A stretch of DNA of 64,000 nt. Source: an uncultured Gemmatimonadaceae bacterium (GTDB lineage: Bacteria > Gemmatimonadota > Gemmatimonadetes > Gemmatimonadales > Gemmatimonadaceae). This document shows positions 50,229 to 58,977 of this stretch, piece after piece. The notes below the pieces were generated by a model. It was not told the origin of the DNA. It saw only the letters and a program-made list of their open reading frames with translations, and did not search any database. Positions within the stretch are counted from its first letter, which is position 1, and each line of letters opens with the position of its first letter. Where the stretch lies: NCBI GenBank assembly GCA_963790305.1, contig CAWBOC010000010.1, forward strand, positions 256,001-320,000, read 5' to 3'. The translations under genes were made by a program, and so were the position numbers.

Positions 50229-51443
50229 TCAGACCTTCAGAAAGACTCTCTTCCGGTAGAGTACCGCCAGGATCCCAAACCACAGCAGGACGAAACACAC
50301 CGCATACAGCAACGACGCGTTCATCGGCGCCAGCCAGCTCGCGAACGTCGAGTCGTAGGTCGCGCGCTGAAGCGAGACGCTCTGGCCGTCGCGCTCGACC
50401 TTGATGATCGAGCCCATGAGCCGCGCCATCATCCCGGACCCGACGAACGCGAGAATCGGGTTCATGCCGAAGACCACGAACGGCTTCGTCCATCCGGTGA
50501 TTCGCTGGACATCAATGAGCCAAATGCACGTGGCGATCGTGACACACGCCATCCCGGCCGTGAAGAGCACGTACGAGCTGGTCCACAGATTCTTGTTGAT
50601 CGGGAACCACCAGCTCCAGATCAGGCCTGCAACCATCCCGATCGCGCCGATCGCGAACAGCGCGGCGAGGCGCTCCATCAATGGTCTCGGCGACGCAATC
50701 CATCGCCCGGCGAAGACGCCGAGCATCGCGGTGCCGATGGCCGGCAGGGTGGAAAGAATTCCCTCGGGGTCCCACGTCTTCGAGACGCGCCAGAGGTGGG
50801 TGCCGAGCAGCGTGCGATCGAGCCAGGCGGCGATCGAGCCATCCGGTGTGGCGAGCGCGACAGCTCCGAGTGCACCAGTTCCGGGAACGGGGATCAGCGT
50901 CATCACCGCCCAGTACCCCAGCAGCAGCGTCGCCACGATCACCACCTGGGTTCGCGTGCTCGTGCGGAGCGTGAGCAGTCCGGCGGCGATGTATGCGACG
51001 CCGATGCGCTGGAGCACTCCAGGGAAGCGCATCGTCGCCGGGTCGAATCCGTATTGCGGGATGAAGGGGAATCCGGACAGGAGCAGACCGAGCAGAATGA
51101 TGATCCCGCCTCGGCGCAGCACCTGCCTGACGAGCATCCCCTCGTCGTCACCGCGCGTGCGACGGGCGGCCAGCGAGAGGTGCGTGGTGATGCCGACAAT
51201 GAAGAGAAAGAACGGGAAGATGAGATCGGTTGGCGTCCACCCGTGCCACGCCGCGTGCCGCAGCGGTGGGTAGATCGCGCCCCACGTCCCGGGATTGTTG
51301 ACGAGCAGCATTCCCGCGATCGTGAGACCACGAAAGACGTCGAGGGCGACCAGGCGCTCGCGTTGCGCGGGCGGAGTCGTCACCGATGCGTCGTACGCCG
51401 CCGGGGCGGTCGCGCCCGTACGCGGCGGCGCCTCCGACCTCAC
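50229..51443 (-). CDS. Heparan-alpha-glucosaminide N-acetyltransferase-like (NagX-like) membrane protein
   Basis: [43 protein letters not shown]. Confidence 0.9.
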   Translation of the reverse strand: MRSEAPPRTGATAPAAYDASVTTPPAQRERLVALDVFRGLTIAGMLLVNNPGTWGAIYPPLRHAAWHGWTPTDLIFPFFLFIVGITTHLSLAARRTRGDDEGMLVRQVLRRGGIIILLGLLLSGFPFIPQYGFDPATMRFPGVLQRIGVAYIAAGLLTLRTSTRTQVVIVATLLLGYWAVMTLIPVPGTGALGAVALATPDGSIAAWLDRTLLGTHLWRVSKTWDPEGILSTLPAIGTAMLGVFAGRWIASPRPLMERLAALFAIGAIGMVAGLIWSWWFPINKNLWTSSYVLFTAGMACVTIATCIWLIDVQRITGWTKPFVVFGMNPILAFVGSGMMARLMGSIIKVERDGQSVSLQRATYDSTFASWLAPMNASLLYAVCFVLLWFGILAVLYRKRVFLKV

Positions 51444-51943
51444 GACTGCCGCTCCTCCTCGGCGCGGGCGACGTTCCAGCGGGCGGTGTCGCAGACGAAC
51501 TGCACGGCGCGGTGCGCGACCGTGCCCTTGGGCGATCCGCTCAGAAAGTAGCCGCCGAGCCTAACGATGGCGCGGTCGTCGCCGGCGCGGGCGACGCCAC
51601 GGTAGGTGACGAGCAAGGTCGGCATGTCTCCGTAGTCCTCGGCGATAGAATCCAGACGCGCCAGAACGCGCCGCCGCAACGTCGTGTCGGCGGGGAAGAC
51701 GTACGTCGGACCGTAGTTCTGCAGACGCGCTTCCGCTCGACTCGGCAGGGCGGAATCGGTGCCCGACGCGATGAGGAATCGCCGGGGCTTGGGTGCGACG
51801 CTCTTGACGTACACATCGACCGCCGGCGCCACGAGCGCCGTGGTCGGGTCGGCACAGGGTCCGAGGAACCGTGCGTTATCGCGCGGCTCCTGTTTGCAGG
51901 CGGTGAGGAGGAGGGCGAGAGCGAGAAGCCGAGGAGTCGTCAT
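51440..51943 (-). CDS. Hypothetical lipoprotein
   Basis: LTAC lipobox; GTGA coupling to the next gene. Confidence 0.7.
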   Translation of the reverse strand: MTTPRLLALALLLTACKQEPRDNARFLGPCADPTTALVAPAVDVYVKSVAPKPRRFLIASGTDSALPSRAEARLQNYGPTYVFPADTTLRRRVLARLDSIAEDYGDMPTLLVTYRGVARAGDDRAIVRLGGYFLSGSPKGTVAHRAVQFVCDTARWNVARAEEERQS

Positions 51944-52007
51944 GCCGGTGATTGTCGCATGAGGGGTGGGGTTTGTCGAGGCGTGTCTCGAGCACCTTTG
52001 AATGAGC

Positions 52008-52832
52008 CTACCTTGCCTCCTCGACCTTCGCCCACCGGAAGAACATCACCGTCGCCACGCCGATCAGGATGAAGGTGCCCGGGATCCACATGATCAGACC
52101 GCCCACCAGCTGATCTTCGTGCGGCGAGAGCGCCACGATACGTGGCGCGGCCTCGTAGGCGGGATACAGCACTTCATCGGCGTATGTGATCATGAGCCCG
52201 ATCACGTTCATCGGAATCATCAGCAGCAGCACGTACAGCAACCGCATCGCGTGCGAGAGTCGCGGCAGCTCGGGGAGTGGGCTCAGCAGTGGCCACCACA
52301 CCAGCGTTGCCGTCACGAGAAAGAACAGGTGCTGCACGATGTGCACGCCGTGGTGGGCCATCGCCAGGTTGTAGAGCGGCGGAAGGTGCCACGCCAGCAT
52401 GGTGACGTTGAACAGCGCGTAGGCGAGAGCGGGGCGGGTGAGCGCGCGTGCGACGCGCGCGATCGTCGGGGATCGAAGCGCGGGGCGAAGCATCCAGCCC
52501 GGCGTTCCGACGATGAGCAGCGGAACCACGATCATGGTGAGCAGAAGGTGCTGCACCATGTGCGCGGAGAAGAGATAGCTGTCGCTCAGGTCGTGAAGCG
52601 GTCCGTTGAGCGAGAGGAAGAGGAGGGCGAGGCCGGCGAAGAAAGACGAAGGCGCTAAAGGCGCTAGAGGCGCTAAAGGCGCCAGAGGGTCTTCGCCTTT
52701 AGCGCCTCTAGCGCTTCTAGCGCTTCTAGCGCCTCTGACGTAGAGCAGCCCCAGCGCGCCAATCCCGACCACCGTGCTCCAGTGGATGCTGAATCGCGCG
52801 AGATCGAGCGGCGCGTCGGGGTGCAGCAGCAA
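52008..52832 (-). CDS. ctaG: caa3-type cytochrome c oxidase assembly factor
   Basis: YLFSAHMVQHLLL, WHLP, DQLVGGLIMWIPG; operon context. Confidence 0.88.
   Translation of the reverse strand: MLLHPDAPLDLARFSIHWSTVVGIGALGLLYVRGARSARSARGAKGEDPLAPLAPLAPLAPSSFFAGLALLFLSLNGPLHDLSDSYLFSAHMVQHLLLTMIVVPLLIVGTPGWMLRPALRSPTIARVARALTRPALAYALFNVTMLAWHLPPLYNLAMAHHGVHIVQHLFFLVTATLVWWPLLSPLPELPRLSHAMRLLYVLLLMIPMNVIGLMITYADEVLYPAYEAAPRIVALSPHEDQLVGGLIMWIPGTFILIGVATVMFFRWAKVEEAR
52650..52734. repeat. Inverted GGCGCTA(A/G)A nonamer array inside ctaG
   Basis: Translated as GARSARSARGAK...LAPLAPLAPLAP. Confidence 0.88.
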
Positions 52833-52844
52833 CGGGACCCGGCG

Positions 52845-53201
52845 CTAGGCGCGGACGGCGATCTGTCCGAACAGGAAGAGCAGCGCGACGATGACGGTCA
52901 GGGCGATCAACAACGGGAAAACGAACAGCGCCTGGAAGAGCTTGGCGTCGTACTTCAGGTGCATGTAGAAGGCGACGACGATGGCGAACTTCGCCGCCGA
53001 CAGCACGAGCAGCACTGGCACGAACGCCCGTGAGGCGACGAAGCTGGGGATGTAATAGATCCAGACCTCGACGACGGTGACGACGAAGAGGATCAACGCC
53101 ACCCACTTGTACGTCTTCCACGTCGGATGCTTGTGCTCTTCGGCGTGGGCATTGCCGTGCGTGTCGTACGTCGTCTGCGAGTGCGGATGATCGGCAGCCA
53201 T
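52845..53201 (-). CDS. Cytochrome c oxidase subunit IV family
   Basis: 3 TM; AKF..V..FYMHLKYD. Confidence 0.88.
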   Translation of the reverse strand: MAADHPHSQTTYDTHGNAHAEEHKHPTWKTYKWVALILFVVTVVEVWIYYIPSFVASRAFVPVLLVLSAAKFAIVVAFYMHLKYDAKLFQALFVFPLLIALTVIVALLFLFGQIAVRA

Positions 53202-53204
53202 GGG

Positions 53205-53837
53205 TTACTGGATGAGGTAGATGAGCGTGAAGATCGCGATCCAGACGACGTCCACGAAGTGCCAGTAGAGCGCGCACAGATCGACGTTGATCGCATCCGC
53301 CGGCCTGAGGCCGCGCCTGAGATCGATGAAGAGCAGCGTGATCAGCCAGATGACGCCGGCGGTCACGTGCGCCCCGTGGAAGCCGGTGAGGATGAAGAAC
53401 GACGACCCGAAGAGGTTCGTTCGAGGGGTGAGCCCTTCGTGCACGAACGATGTGAACTCGAACGCCTGGAATCCGAGGAAAGTCGCGCCCGCCAGCGCAG
53501 TGGCGGCGAGCCAGATCTTCGAGTATTTGCGGTCTCCGCGAACTACCGACGCATGCGCGAGCACCATGAACAGCGACGACATGAGCAACACGAACGTCGA
53601 CGCCGAGGTGACCGGAATGTCGAGGATGGGGGGTAGCGTCTGACCCGTGGCGGGATTGGTCCACGCCTCGTGCGGAAACGGCCCGACGACCGACCGGCCC
53701 TTGTAGATCAGGTAGGTCGAGATGAGCGAGCCGAAGAACAGACACTCGGACCCGATGAACGCCCAGATGGCGATCTTCCGGTGATCGAGGCCGGTGGTCG
53801 TGTAGTGGTGGCCGTGCTCGTGGGGAATGGCAGTCAT
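53205..53837 (-). CDS. ctaE: Cytochrome c oxidase subunit III
   Basis: W.FIGSE, TGFHGAHV, YWHFVDVVW. Confidence 0.94.
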   Translation of the reverse strand: MTAIPHEHGHHYTTTGLDHRKIAIWAFIGSECLFFGSLISTYLIYKGRSVVGPFPHEAWTNPATGQTLPPILDIPVTSASTFVLLMSSLFMVLAHASVVRGDRKYSKIWLAATALAGATFLGFQAFEFTSFVHEGLTPRTNLFGSSFFILTGFHGAHVTAGVIWLITLLFIDLRRGLRPADAINVDLCALYWHFVDVVWIAIFTLIYLIQ

Positions 53838-53840
53838 TTT

Positions 53841-53938
53841 CTAAAGGGCGCTAGAGGCGCTAGAGGCGCTAGAGGCGCTAAAGGGAGGGGGCATTCAGCG
53901 CCCAGCGCCTTTAGCGCCTCTAGCGCTTTTAGCGCTAG
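53841..53938. repeat. Inverted GGCGCTAGA nonamer array between ctaD and ctaE
   Basis: Direct reading; includes the ctaD stop. Confidence 0.88.
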
Positions 53939-55905
53939 TGATGTTCCGGCTCCAACGGACTCAACAACCACGCGTACAGCGAGACGACGAAGAACGCCAC
54001 GCCGCCCAACAGAATCGGGAGCCACAGCGACTGATAGTTCGCGTTGTTTTTCAGGATGAGGCCAATGAACATCACCGTTAGGCCGATCGAGGCCAGCAAC
54101 GGCTTGATCGTCGGCGTGGGCATCGCGATGCCGAGCTCGTTGGCGGAGGGATGCGCCGCCTCGCTCGCCATGTACGTGTCCGAGGGTCCCTTGAACGACG
54201 CATGGGTCTCCTTGCCGCCCACGCTGACGTCGGTGCGCTTCTCGCCCTCGGGCGTGTGCGGCACGTCGGCCGTGAGCTCAGGGGACTTGGCGTCCCACAG
54301 CGGGTAGCGGGAGGTGATCGTCGGAATCACCGCGTAGTTGTATTCGGGCGGCGGCGAAGGAATCGACCACTCCACCGTTGCGGCGCCCCATGGATCGCGG
54401 CCCGCGATCGCTCCCGAGCGGCGACTCTTCACGAAGTTCCAGACAAACACCAGCGTGGCGATCGTCAGCACGTAGGCGCCCCACGTCGCCACGAGGTTCT
54501 CGAGATCCCATCCCTGATTGGCCTGATACTGATAGATGCGGCGCGGCATCCCGTTCAGGCCGGCGAAGTGCATCGGGAAGAACGTCAGATTCATGCCGAT
54601 GAACGTCAGCCAGAAGTGGATTTTCCCGAGCCGCTCATCCATCACGCGACCGGTGATCTTCGGGTAGAAGAAATACGTCCCGGCGAAGATGCCCATCATC
54701 GATCCACCGAACAGCACGTAGTGGAAGTGCGCGACGATGAAGTACGTGTCCGTCTGCTGCAGATCGGCCGGTGGCGACGAGTGCATGATGCCGGAGATGC
54801 CGCCGATCGTGAACAGGGCGATCAGCCCGATCGCGAACAGCATCGACGTCGTGAATCGCAACGACCCGCCGTGCATGGTCGCGAGCCAGTTGAAGATCTT
54901 CACACCGGTCGGGATCGCGATGAGCATCGTCGTCACGCCGAACACCGAGTCGGCGATCGGCCCCATGCCGACGGCGAACATGTGATGTGCCCACACGCCG
55001 AACCCGAGGAAGCCGATGAGGATGCCGGAGTACACCATCACCGGATATCCGAACAGCGGCTTGCGCGAGAAGACCGGCAAGACCTCGGACACCAGCCCAA
55101 ACGCGGGCAGGATCAGGATGTAGACCTCGGGGTGCCCGAACAGCCAGAAGAGGTGCTGCCAGAGCAGGGGATCGGCGCCGGCGGTGATCGTGTAGAAGTT
55201 GGTCCCGAAGAAGCGGTCGAGCATGAGGAACGTGACCGCGACCGTGATGATCGGGAACGCGAGGATGAGCAGGAACTGCGTGACGAACGACATCCAGGTG
55301 AAGATCGGCATGCGCATGAAGTGCATGCCGGGCGCCCGGAGGTTGATGATCGTGGTGACGAAGTTGAAGCCCGCCGCCAGCGACGACAGCCCGAGGATCT
55401 GCAGGCCGATGAGCCAGAAATCGATGTTCAGACCGGGAGAGAACTGCCGCGTCGTCAGCGGCGCGTATCCGAACCATCCGCCGTCGGGCGCCGCGCCAAA
55501 GAGCCATCCGGCATTCATGAACAGCGCGCCTAACAGGAACACCCAGTAGCTGAACGCGTTGAGGCGCGGGAACGCGACGTCGCGCGCGCCGATCTGCAGC
55601 GGAATGAGATAGTTGAAGAACGCGGCGCCCATCGGCATGATCACGAGGAAGATCATGGTGGTGCCGTGCATCGTGAACAGCTGATTGTACGTCTCCGCCG
55701 ACACGAGTGTCCCGTTCGGCCCCTTCAGCTGCTGACGAATGATGAGCGCTTCGAGCCCGCCGATCAGGAAGAAGGTCAGCGCCGTGTAGAGGTAGAGCTG
55801 GCCGATCTTCTTGTGATCGACCGTGGCGAGCCAGCTCCAGAGCCCGCGCTCGTACTTGGTATGGGGAACGGCGTATCGTGGCGGTGCCGCGACGGTCGTT
55901 GCCAT
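53935..55905 (-). CDS. ctaD: Cytochrome c oxidase subunit I (A1 type)
   Basis: DHKKIG, GHPEVY, WAHHM, AHFHY, MPRR. Confidence 0.97.
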   Translation of the reverse strand: MATTVAAPPRYAVPHTKYERGLWSWLATVDHKKIGQLYLYTALTFFLIGGLEALIIRQQLKGPNGTLVSAETYNQLFTMHGTTMIFLVIMPMGAAFFNYLIPLQIGARDVAFPRLNAFSYWVFLLGALFMNAGWLFGAAPDGGWFGYAPLTTRQFSPGLNIDFWLIGLQILGLSSLAAGFNFVTTIINLRAPGMHFMRMPIFTWMSFVTQFLLILAFPIITVAVTFLMLDRFFGTNFYTITAGADPLLWQHLFWLFGHPEVYILILPAFGLVSEVLPVFSRKPLFGYPVMVYSGILIGFLGFGVWAHHMFAVGMGPIADSVFGVTTMLIAIPTGVKIFNWLATMHGGSLRFTTSMLFAIGLIALFTIGGISGIMHSSPPADLQQTDTYFIVAHFHYVLFGGSMMGIFAGTYFFYPKITGRVMDERLGKIHFWLTFIGMNLTFFPMHFAGLNGMPRRIYQYQANQGWDLENLVATWGAYVLTIATLVFVWNFVKSRRSGAIAGRDPWGAATVEWSIPSPPPEYNYAVIPTITSRYPLWDAKSPELTADVPHTPEGEKRTDVSVGGKETHASFKGPSDTYMASEAAHPSANELGIAMPTPTIKPLLASIGLTVMFIGLILKNNANYQSLWLPILLGGVAFFVVSLYAWLLSPLEPEHH

Positions 55906-55918
55906 GCAGAATCTCCGA

Positions 55919-57127
55919 TTACTTCAGTGACAGGAGGTAGGCCGCGAGGTCCGCGAGCTGCTGGTCGTCATAGCCGGCCGGCATCGTTGGGCTCTTGCCA
56001 AAGGCCGGCATGAGGCTCCCCGGCTTCATCGCGGGCGAGTTCTTGATCCACAGCGCCACGTGTCTGGCGTCGTTCGGGAACAGCCCGGAGCCGAGGGATG
56101 TGCGCGAGCCGAAGTGCGTGAGGTTGGGTCCCACGATTCCCGCCGACACGCCCTGAACGACGTGACACGCGATGCACGGCGCCGTTCGATACAGTTGAGC
56201 GCCGCGCGCGGGATCACCGGTGACGTCGCCGATCGTCAGGCTCCTCGGCACCGGATTGTACGATGCGGCGTAGAGCGGGAGCCTCTCGGCGGGGAACGTC
56301 GGCAGCGACCCGGCCGTCTGCGGCTGGGCCGGTGGTGCGGATGCCTGCGCCGCGGGAGCGCCGGTGTCGGCTGGCGCGGTCGGCGTCGGCGCAGGCATGA
56401 AGACGGGCCCGGCCTTTTGATGGTTCGTCCACGCCTCGAACTGGTCCGGCGCCACGACGAACGTCTTGAAGCGCATGTTCGCGTGCGACGTCCCGCAATA
56501 TTCGACGCAGAGGCCATTCCACACGTACGTCGACTCCGGAGTGAACCAGAGGTGGTTCGTGCGATTGGTGATCAGATCGCGCTTGCCGCCCAGCTGTGGG
56601 ACCCAGAAGGAGTGCAGCACGTCCTGCGTCTTCAGGACGAAATTCGCCGTCCGGCCCACCGGCAGATACAGCTCGTTCGCCGTGACAACCCCATACTGCG
56701 GGTAGCGGAACTCCCACCACCACTGATGTCCGATCACTTCGACCGTGAGGCTGCCCTGCGGAGCGTTGGCCTGCGTGACGAAAATCGTCTTCACGGTGGG
56801 CACGGCGATGATCGCCAGAATGACCGCCGGTGCGAGCGTCCAGGCGATTTCGAGCGTTGTGTTGCCGTGCACGTGCCTCGGCGCCGGCTGTCCTTCGCGG
56901 CGACGATAGCGAACCACGACGTAGATGAGGAACGCTTCGACGAGGATGAAGACGATCGTTCCCCAGAGCAGCAGGGTGTCCCACAGGTCGTCGATCGCCC
57001 GGCCGAACTCAGTCTTCGGCTCTAGCGTGGTGTTGGGAACGGTGGTGCTGCAGGCCGCGAGGCCTACGACGATCACGGCCGTCAGCGCGGCAATGGCAAG
57101 CCGGCGCGTGCGGTAGTGAGAGGTCAT
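55919..57127 (-). CDS. ctaC: Cytochrome c oxidase subunit II with fused cytochrome c
   Basis: HQWWWEF.Y, DVLHSFW, CVEYCGTSHANM CuA, CIACH heme c. Confidence 0.95.
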   Translation of the reverse strand: MTSHYRTRRLAIAALTAVIVVGLAACSTTVPNTTLEPKTEFGRAIDDLWDTLLLWGTIVFILVEAFLIYVVVRYRRREGQPAPRHVHGNTTLEIAWTLAPAVILAIIAVPTVKTIFVTQANAPQGSLTVEVIGHQWWWEFRYPQYGVVTANELYLPVGRTANFVLKTQDVLHSFWVPQLGGKRDLITNRTNHLWFTPESTYVWNGLCVEYCGTSHANMRFKTFVVAPDQFEAWTNHQKAGPVFMPAPTPTAPADTGAPAAQASAPPAQPQTAGSLPTFPAERLPLYAASYNPVPRSLTIGDVTGDPARGAQLYRTAPCIACHVVQGVSAGIVGPNLTHFGSRTSLGSGLFPNDARHVALWIKNSPAMKPGSLMPAFGKSPTMPAGYDDQQLADLAAYLLSLK

Positions 57128-57230
57128 CCCGATTCCTGTAGGCGTTCGTAGAGCGGGCGCGAGTGCGATGCGCTCTCGAATGAGCGCGCAGGCGGAAGGT
57201 ATGAGAGGCGTGGGGGAGAATCAACCCACG

Positions 57231-57335
57231 CAGGAGTCAGTGGTCAGGAGTCAGGAGTCAGGGAAATTCCACGTCGAGTTTCTTGCTCAATCGCTTGGAA
57301 TTTCCCTCACTCCTGATCCCGGACTCCTGACTCCT
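57231..57335. repeat. Inverted CAGGAGT heptamer element overlapping a gene 3' end
   Basis: Inner IR GGGAAATTCCA/TGGAATTTCCC. Confidence 0.85.
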
Positions 57336-57696
57336 CATCCGTCTCCACCGCGTGCTGTTCGTACACCTTGTTGGTCGCGATCTCCAGCGCCGAGCGGAGC
57401 TGTCCCACTCCTTCACGAAGGGCCGCAACCTTACGCTGCTCGTTCCCGCCGCGCGTGGCGACGAGGATCAGGCCTGACACCTGGTCGGCGAGAAACGTGT
57501 ACTGAACCTTCAACATTCCGACGAGCGGGGTGGCCGCCCGGCGGAGCTGCTGTCCGAACGGGGCCGTCGGCTGCTGAAGCTTGTGCGCCATCGCCATCTT
57601 TTCGACGATCCCGTGCAGCCGCTGCAGGTGCGTCGCGGCGTCTTCCAGGGTGTGCATCAGCTGCGTGCCAATGCCGGTGAGCTGGGTTCGGGCCAA
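57307..57696 (-). CDS. Hypothetical all-helical protein
   Basis: GGAGG RBS before TTG start; amphipathic helices. Confidence 0.75.
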   Translation of the reverse strand: MARTQLTGIGTQLMHTLEDAATHLQRLHGIVEKMAMAHKLQQPTAPFGQQLRRAATPLVGMLKVQYTFLADQVSGLILVATRGGNEQRKVAALREGVGQLRSALEIATNKVYEQHAVETDEESGVRDQE

Positions 57697-57707
57697 AGGA
57701 CCTCCAG

Positions 57708-57806
57708 CGAATGCGGAATTCGGAATACGGATTCAGGAACGCTACGCGGCTTTCCCGAGAGTGGCTTTCCGGCGTCACGGACTCCGCGTTCCGTATTCCG
57801 CGTTCG
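57708..57806. repeat. Inverted GCGGAAT heptamer element
   Basis: Direct reading. Confidence 0.85.
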
Positions 57807-57810
57807 AGCC

Positions 57811-58875
57811 CTACTTCACCTTCTCGAGCCTCTTGTTCGGCCGAAACTCACGACCGACCTTCGCCTCGGGCTTTCCTTCTACGAGGACGATGTCAGCGGT
57901 GAAGTCGAAACGGCCGGCGAAGAGCGAGGATCCCACGCCGTAGGCATCCACCGGTACCAGCTGCTCTTCGAAGAATCGGATCTTCTCGGAGGTGAAGCCG
58001 CCGGACACGACGATCTTCACATGACCGAAGCCTTCGGTGTCGAGCGCGTTCCGGACGTTCCACACCAGGTGCGGATTGACCCCCGTCGGCCGGAAGGAGC
58101 CCATCACCGGAATGATCGACTTGTCGACCAGGTTCTCCGACGTGTCGATCCGCACACCCCAGAGGCGGTCGCCGAGGCCCCGCGCGATCTCCAGGCTGGT
58201 CGCCACACAATCGTTGTCATAATCAACGAGCGTGATGATCTGCACTTCGGGATCCATGTACTCGGCGAACTTCTGCGTCGCGAGCGTCGTGTCGCCGTGG
58301 TAGGCGGCGATGAGCGCGTGCGGGACCGTACCAATGCCTGACGAGCCCCACCAGCTGGCCTGCGCGTCGGTGGACACCCCAATGGCACCGGCGATGTGCG
58401 CCGCGTACCCGTCGCCCGTCTGCACCAGCCAGTGATCGTGACGCGCGGGAAAGAACATGACCTGCTTCGGACGCGCCGCCTCGACCACCGCCCGCACGTT
58501 GGTCCCGACGCGCGTCCGGCGCGCGAGAACGCCCAGGTAGAGCGTCTCGAGATGCGCGAAAGCATCATACGGGCCTTCGATCAGCATCACCGTCTCCCAG
58601 GGCTCGATGCGGTCGCCGTCGTACAGGGCAAGCACGTCGAGGGCGCTCCAGTCGTCGGCGCACAGCTTGAGAATGGCGATCGCCTCGTCCATTCCACCGA
58701 GAAACGCCTGGGACTTGCCGAAGACCTGCATCGTCACCCTCGGCGAATGACTGTCCGCGCGCAGGATTTCTCGTGCGCGAACGAAATATTTGTCGGAGTA
58801 GTAGCCCTGCCGCATCTTGTCGACCGGCAGGTTGAACACGGCGGGGTCGAGCCGCTTGCGTCGTCGTGGGGGCAT
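57811..58875 (-). CDS. Nicotinate phosphoribosyltransferase family
   Basis: YSDKYF, GTVPHALI, LVDYDND, GVRIDT, VSGG, GVG. Confidence 0.88.
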   Translation of the reverse strand: MPPRRRKRLDPAVFNLPVDKMRQGYYSDKYFVRAREILRADSHSPRVTMQVFGKSQAFLGGMDEAIAILKLCADDWSALDVLALYDGDRIEPWETVMLIEGPYDAFAHLETLYLGVLARRTRVGTNVRAVVEAARPKQVMFFPARHDHWLVQTGDGYAAHIAGAIGVSTDAQASWWGSSGIGTVPHALIAAYHGDTTLATQKFAEYMDPEVQIITLVDYDNDCVATSLEIARGLGDRLWGVRIDTSENLVDKSIIPVMGSFRPTGVNPHLVWNVRNALDTEGFGHVKIVVSGGFTSEKIRFFEEQLVPVDAYGVGSSLFAGRFDFTADIVLVEGKPEAKVGREFRPNKRLEKVK

Positions 58876-58911
58876 GGACTTTAGAGAAAGAAATGCGCTG
58901 CGGCGCGGTAC

Positions 58912-58975
58912 CGAATGCGGAATGCGGAATGCGGTGGCCTCAATTCCATAATCCGCATTCCGCATTCCGCATTCG
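58912..58975. repeat. Inverted GCGGAAT heptamer element
   Basis: 3+3 units in perfect inversion. Confidence 0.9.
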
Positions 58976-58977
58976 AG

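Noticed and set aside
10181..58975. Short-period arrays as CRISPR
   Set aside because: Units are 7-12 bp, tandem and inverted, with no unique spacers and no cas genes
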